From assembly GCA_963806535.1 (NCBI GenBank), contig CAWDYC010000006.1, positions 96,001-160,000 of the forward strand: a DNA stretch of 64,000 bases, written 5' to 3'. Below are positions 60,465 through 64,000 of the stretch, one piece after another. This DNA comes from Candidatus Bathyarchaeota archaeon (GTDB taxonomy: Archaea; Thermoproteota; Bathyarchaeia; Bathyarchaeales; Bathycorpusculaceae). The first letter of the stretch is position 1; the number at the start of each line of letters is the position of its first letter. The notes below the pieces were generated by a model, which saw only the letters and a list, made by a program, of their open reading frames with translations, did not search any database and was not told the origin of the DNA. A program made the position numbers and the translations under genes.

Positions 60465-61606
60465 GTATCTCCTTAGGTGAGAATTTGAATATATTATGTT
60501 TCTTTCCTGGAATGAGCATGCAAGTAAACGATAATGCTCATATGCTTATCAGACTCAAGGAAAGAGGCCTTAAATTAGTAATTGTAACTGGTAAGTCGAT
60601 GGCTTTGAAAGGGGAAGGGAATCTTCCAATTTATGAAGACATGGATGGCATTCCTATCCATAGACTTTATGAAAATCCTCAAGAAATGTTTCTTTTTCCA
60701 GGAAGAAGATTAAACGAGGTCTTGGAAATAGCTGAGGATCTTAAGCCTGATATAATACTTTGTGAGCCAGAGCTGAATATTAGGTTAGCACTTTTGGTTC
60801 AAAAACATCTGAAAAAACCCATAGTTCTCTTAGTTGAAAGTGCAGGACGACTTTTGTCAGGCGAAGTACATAGCACTCTTAAAATGAAAACTGTCATGTC
60901 TCTGTTTGGAATACCGCATGGCCCAAAATTCTGGTCCTGGTTATGCGAAAAAGCCGACGTTTTGATTACAAGTAGTCCCAAAGATAACAAAATTCTCGAT
61001 CAATTGTCGAAACACAATAAACCGGTATTTTATCTTCCATGGCCTTCACATATACCTGAAGGTTTCGAAAATGCCGTCAAGCGTGAAAATGGTGTTGGTC
61101 TGTATATCGGGTCACTCTATCCATTCAAAAACACACAAGAATTTGAAAAAACCTTACCGCTAATTTTGGAAAAAACGAAAACTAAACAATTTGTTGTGGT
61201 TGGGTCGGGCCCACATGCTTCTGTTGTTAGAAAAATCCAAAAACAATACGGTCAATCAATACGTTACATAAGTCATTTGTCAAGAACTGAGTCGCTAAGA
61301 TTGATGTCAGAGAGTTTCTACGCCTACACACCAATAAAAATAGGTGGATGGGGCTTCATTGGCGATTGTTGGAGTACAAAAACTCCTATTATAATGACTC
61401 ATAATGATGACGATTATGTGCTTAACAATGTAAATGCTTTGGTTGCGGAAAATGAGAATGATTTTATTGAAAATATTAACCGCCTTTACAACGATAGTGA
61501 ATTATATCAGAAGCTTCAGACGAATGGGTATGAAGAATACAGAAAGAGAAATGCAGCGGTCGTTGGCGACGCATTATATGATATTTTAGGGAAGGGATTA
61601 CGATAA
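60413..61606 (+). CDS. Divergent GT4 (GT-B) glycosyltransferase
   Basis: 'DGIPIHRL', 'PDII', 'YIGSL...KN', 'VVGSGP'; the E-x7-E motif is degenerate (GWGFIGD); true start probably 60461 or 60485. Confidence 0.78.
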   Translation: MGKSRESLFERIRKCNVSISLGENLNILCFFPGMSMQVNDNAHMLIRLKERGLKLVIVTGKSMALKGEGNLPIYEDMDGIPIHRLYENPQEMFLFPGRRLNEVLEIAEDLKPDIILCEPELNIRLALLVQKHLKKPIVLLVESAGRLLSGEVHSTLKMKTVMSLFGIPHGPKFWSWLCEKADVLITSSPKDNKILDQLSKHNKPVFYLPWPSHIPEGFENAVKRENGVGLYIGSLYPFKNTQEFEKTLPLILEKTKTKQFVVVGSGPHASVVRKIQKQYGQSIRYISHLSRTESLRLMSESFYAYTPIKIGGWGFIGDCWSTKTPIIMTHNDDDYVLNNVNALVAENENDFIENINRLYNDSELYQKLQTNGYEEYRKRNAAVVGDALYDILGKGLR

Positions 61607-61699
61607 TAATATTTAGGGGTTTTGTATTTTTGTTGAGCAATAACACAGAAGTCTTAAATTACAATATCGTTTATATTAATCCTTACGATATCCGAAGGC

Positions 61700-62668
61700 A
61701 TGCTTAAGAAACATGCCTTTGCGATATGCCTTTGTTTGATAACTTGTTTCTCATCTTTAACTTTTAGCGTAATGGCTTTAAATTCAGCTCAGATCGCACT
61801 ACCTTCGTATGGTAACGTTTTACTTACACCTACGTCGACTCCAACGCCTACATCCACTCCATCGCCAACACCCACGCCTACACCTAATCCAACTGCAACC
61901 ACATCACCAACTTCCACACCTCAGCCCACCACAACTCCGACACCGAGTCCAAAACCTACACCTTCTCCTACTCCAAAACCCACGTCCACTCCAACGGCAG
62001 CGCCCACATCAACACCAAAACCCACGTCTACCCCAAAACCAACATCTTCTCCCACGCCCTCTCCTACCTCAACACCAAATCCGAACAATTTGGAGCCGCT
62101 AAACGCTTTCTACGCGGATATGAATGGTGCAGCTTCGTCGTATGCGTCGCTTGACACTACAGTTCAGCATAATGGGTATCCAAGCATCAAAGTGGGTCCA
62201 GATTACGTTCGAGGCACACGGGAAGTTGATGGAACATGGATAAGCGTAAAACCTGGCGACCATATAGTGTTTAGCTGCTGGATAAAAACGGCTGCTTTCA
62301 GTACGCCTTATACATGGGGTGAAGGTGGGAGTATTGGAATGGATTTCTATATCCAGAGCAACTTGGGTTACGGAATAGCAACGTTGGACAGTGCAGGACA
62401 TCAAGCTGGGCATCCTAGCGATGGTGAAAATGTGAATGATGTGTGCCGTGTTAAGTGGGGCCAAGATTGGACACAAGTAACCTGGGACATCCACGTACCA
62501 ACACAATACTTCACTTATGTAACTATTTCAACCACTTCGCTTCCATACGCACCTTATACCTGTAATCCAGTCCAGATTAATTCAATGGTTCCATGGTTCG
62601 AGGTTCGAGACGTAACTGATAATGCTTATGCTTGGTTTGCTAACCCAACATTTTACGTAAACCCATAG
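61700..62668 (+). CDS. Secreted protein with long Pro/Thr linker and CBM-like C-terminal domain
   Basis: Signal peptide, ~85 aa of PT/PS repeats, 'VKPG....FSCWIKT', 'DWTQV', 'AWF'. Confidence 0.75.
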   Translation: MLKKHAFAICLCLITCFSSLTFSVMALNSAQIALPSYGNVLLTPTSTPTPTSTPSPTPTPTPNPTATTSPTSTPQPTTTPTPSPKPTPSPTPKPTSTPTAAPTSTPKPTSTPKPTSSPTPSPTSTPNPNNLEPLNAFYADMNGAASSYASLDTTVQHNGYPSIKVGPDYVRGTREVDGTWISVKPGDHIVFSCWIKTAAFSTPYTWGEGGSIGMDFYIQSNLGYGIATLDSAGHQAGHPSDGENVNDVCRVKWGQDWTQVTWDIHVPTQYFTYVTISTTSLPYAPYTCNPVQINSMVPWFEVRDVTDNAYAWFANPTFYVNP

Positions 62669-62808
62669 GTTTACTTTAAAATCAAAATGTAAAATCATAG
62701 TTAACCTGCCGGCTCAAATCTGACTAAACCATTATTTTCAATTTTTCCAATCATCGAGAAAAATGTTTAGTTCAATTAGTAATCCATTAAAAAGAAGTTG
62801 AATTAGAC

Positions 62809-63900
62809 ATGAACGTTTTGTATTACATGGAACCAGAGTTACACGCAGGCTCGCAAGGCGGCGGCGTTTCTATGGTTGCTTACAACCTAACAAAAGCTCT
62901 GGCGCACCACGCAAATGTAACCTATTTTCCTTCGTATAAGGTGACTTCACGAAGTTATCCATTTAGACTCTTGAAAGTATTTAGCCGATTTGCAGCAAAA
63001 GACTTCAAAATTATCCATTTTAATTTCAGTCCTGTCTTGAATAATGGAAGCTACCTCTTGCTAAGATTGGCAAACAAAACAGGTGCTAGTACCCTCTTAA
63101 ATATTCACGGAATAATTCAAGTAGAATACTTGTTAGATCGTCCACATACGCGAAAGCATCGTTCAATTATGGAAACGGCTTTAATCAATACTCTTAGGGC
63201 GTGCAAACGTGCAGACCAAATAGTCACTTACTCCGAGTTTATGAAAAACCAGATAGTCAAGTGGTATGGGCTAAGTTCCCAAGAAATTGCTGTTATCCCT
63301 AATGGAGTAAATATAAAGAAATTTACCGATTTCAATGGTCAATTTTCCTTAGACGGGGATCCGGCAATTTTGTATGTAGGTCACCTATCAAAGTTCAAAA
63401 GTGTTGACATTTTAATTAGTGCTGTTTCAAGGCTTCGTTCTCAGCTTCCTAATATGAAATTACATATTGTGGGTTGTGGCAATAAAGAGCCTGCGTTGAG
63501 GTTGCTAGCGAAGGAAAACGATGTGGGAAATATAGTCATTTTTCATGGGCAAGCTTTTCCGGAAACTATCCCTCTATACTATAAAGCGGCAGATTTTTGT
63601 GTTTTTCCCTCTATCCGTGATTCTTTTGGTTTGACGCTTCTTGAGGCGATGGCTTCAGGCGCACCAGTAATTGCTTCTAACAGAGGTGGCACGCCAGAAG
63701 TTATTACTCAGGGTGGAGACGGTATACTTTTTGAGCCCGATGTTGATAATTCATTGGAAAACGCTATACTTTCTTTGAGTCAAAACCAAGATTTAAGAAA
63801 GAAACTTTCGAGTAATGGCTATAGAAGGGTAGCATCAAACTACAGTTGGGATAAAATTGCTCAAAAGTACTTTTCTTTGTATAAGAACCTAAGTGAATAA
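62809..63900 (+). CDS. GT4 glycosyltransferase
   Basis: GGV, IPNGV, VG.L...K, 'DSFGLTLLEAMASG'. Confidence 0.92.
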   Translation: MNVLYYMEPELHAGSQGGGVSMVAYNLTKALAHHANVTYFPSYKVTSRSYPFRLLKVFSRFAAKDFKIIHFNFSPVLNNGSYLLLRLANKTGASTLLNIHGIIQVEYLLDRPHTRKHRSIMETALINTLRACKRADQIVTYSEFMKNQIVKWYGLSSQEIAVIPNGVNIKKFTDFNGQFSLDGDPAILYVGHLSKFKSVDILISAVSRLRSQLPNMKLHIVGCGNKEPALRLLAKENDVGNIVIFHGQAFPETIPLYYKAADFCVFPSIRDSFGLTLLEAMASGAPVIASNRGGTPEVITQGGDGILFEPDVDNSLENAILSLSQNQDLRKKLSSNGYRRVASNYSWDKIAQKYFSLYKNLSE

Positions 63901-64000
63901 AAATAACTTGTTAAAAATACGCATGATGTAGAATCGGATTCCTCAGGCAATATTAAAGATCGGGCTTTATCGTGATTTTATGGATGTTAATATAACAGTG

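Overview
Archaeal genomic DNA, AT-rich. Bathyarchaeia-like lineage is inferred from gene content (PEF-CTERM surface proteins, a DUF1616/DUF4350/DUF4129/MoxR/DUF58 block, TATA/BRE promoters) and was not verified. 1-23 kb is an accessory region: three toxin-antitoxin loci, an AAA+/DUF4143 ATPase, four PEF-CTERM surface proteins (three share a palindromic upstream operator), gene relics, GC-rich probable imports, and a divergent pair of large secreted proteins (subtilase; Kelch/GINT1-like propeller/Ig-repeat protein) that share a C-terminal domain. 23-64 kb is a large cell-envelope/glycan locus: a LolCDE-like ABC set, two GT-C-like polytopic proteins, split DUF1616 genes, a MoxR module, an Ig-repeat adhesin, six glycosyltransferases, and a methyltransferase-comA-comB-ATP-grasp-PIG-L deacetylase block. 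Best novelty candidates: (i) a putative pathway that attaches sulfolactate to a surface glycan; (ii) a dispersed, helically phased ~60-bp non-coding element with 10-bp repeat arrays; (iii) a ~65-aa two-helix membrane module present 7 times in 5 proteins; (iv) the shared C-terminal domain of the two secreted enzymes. Many genes carry single-base frameshifts that may be assembly errors. No rRNA, tRNA, CRISPR array, integrase or transposase was recognised.
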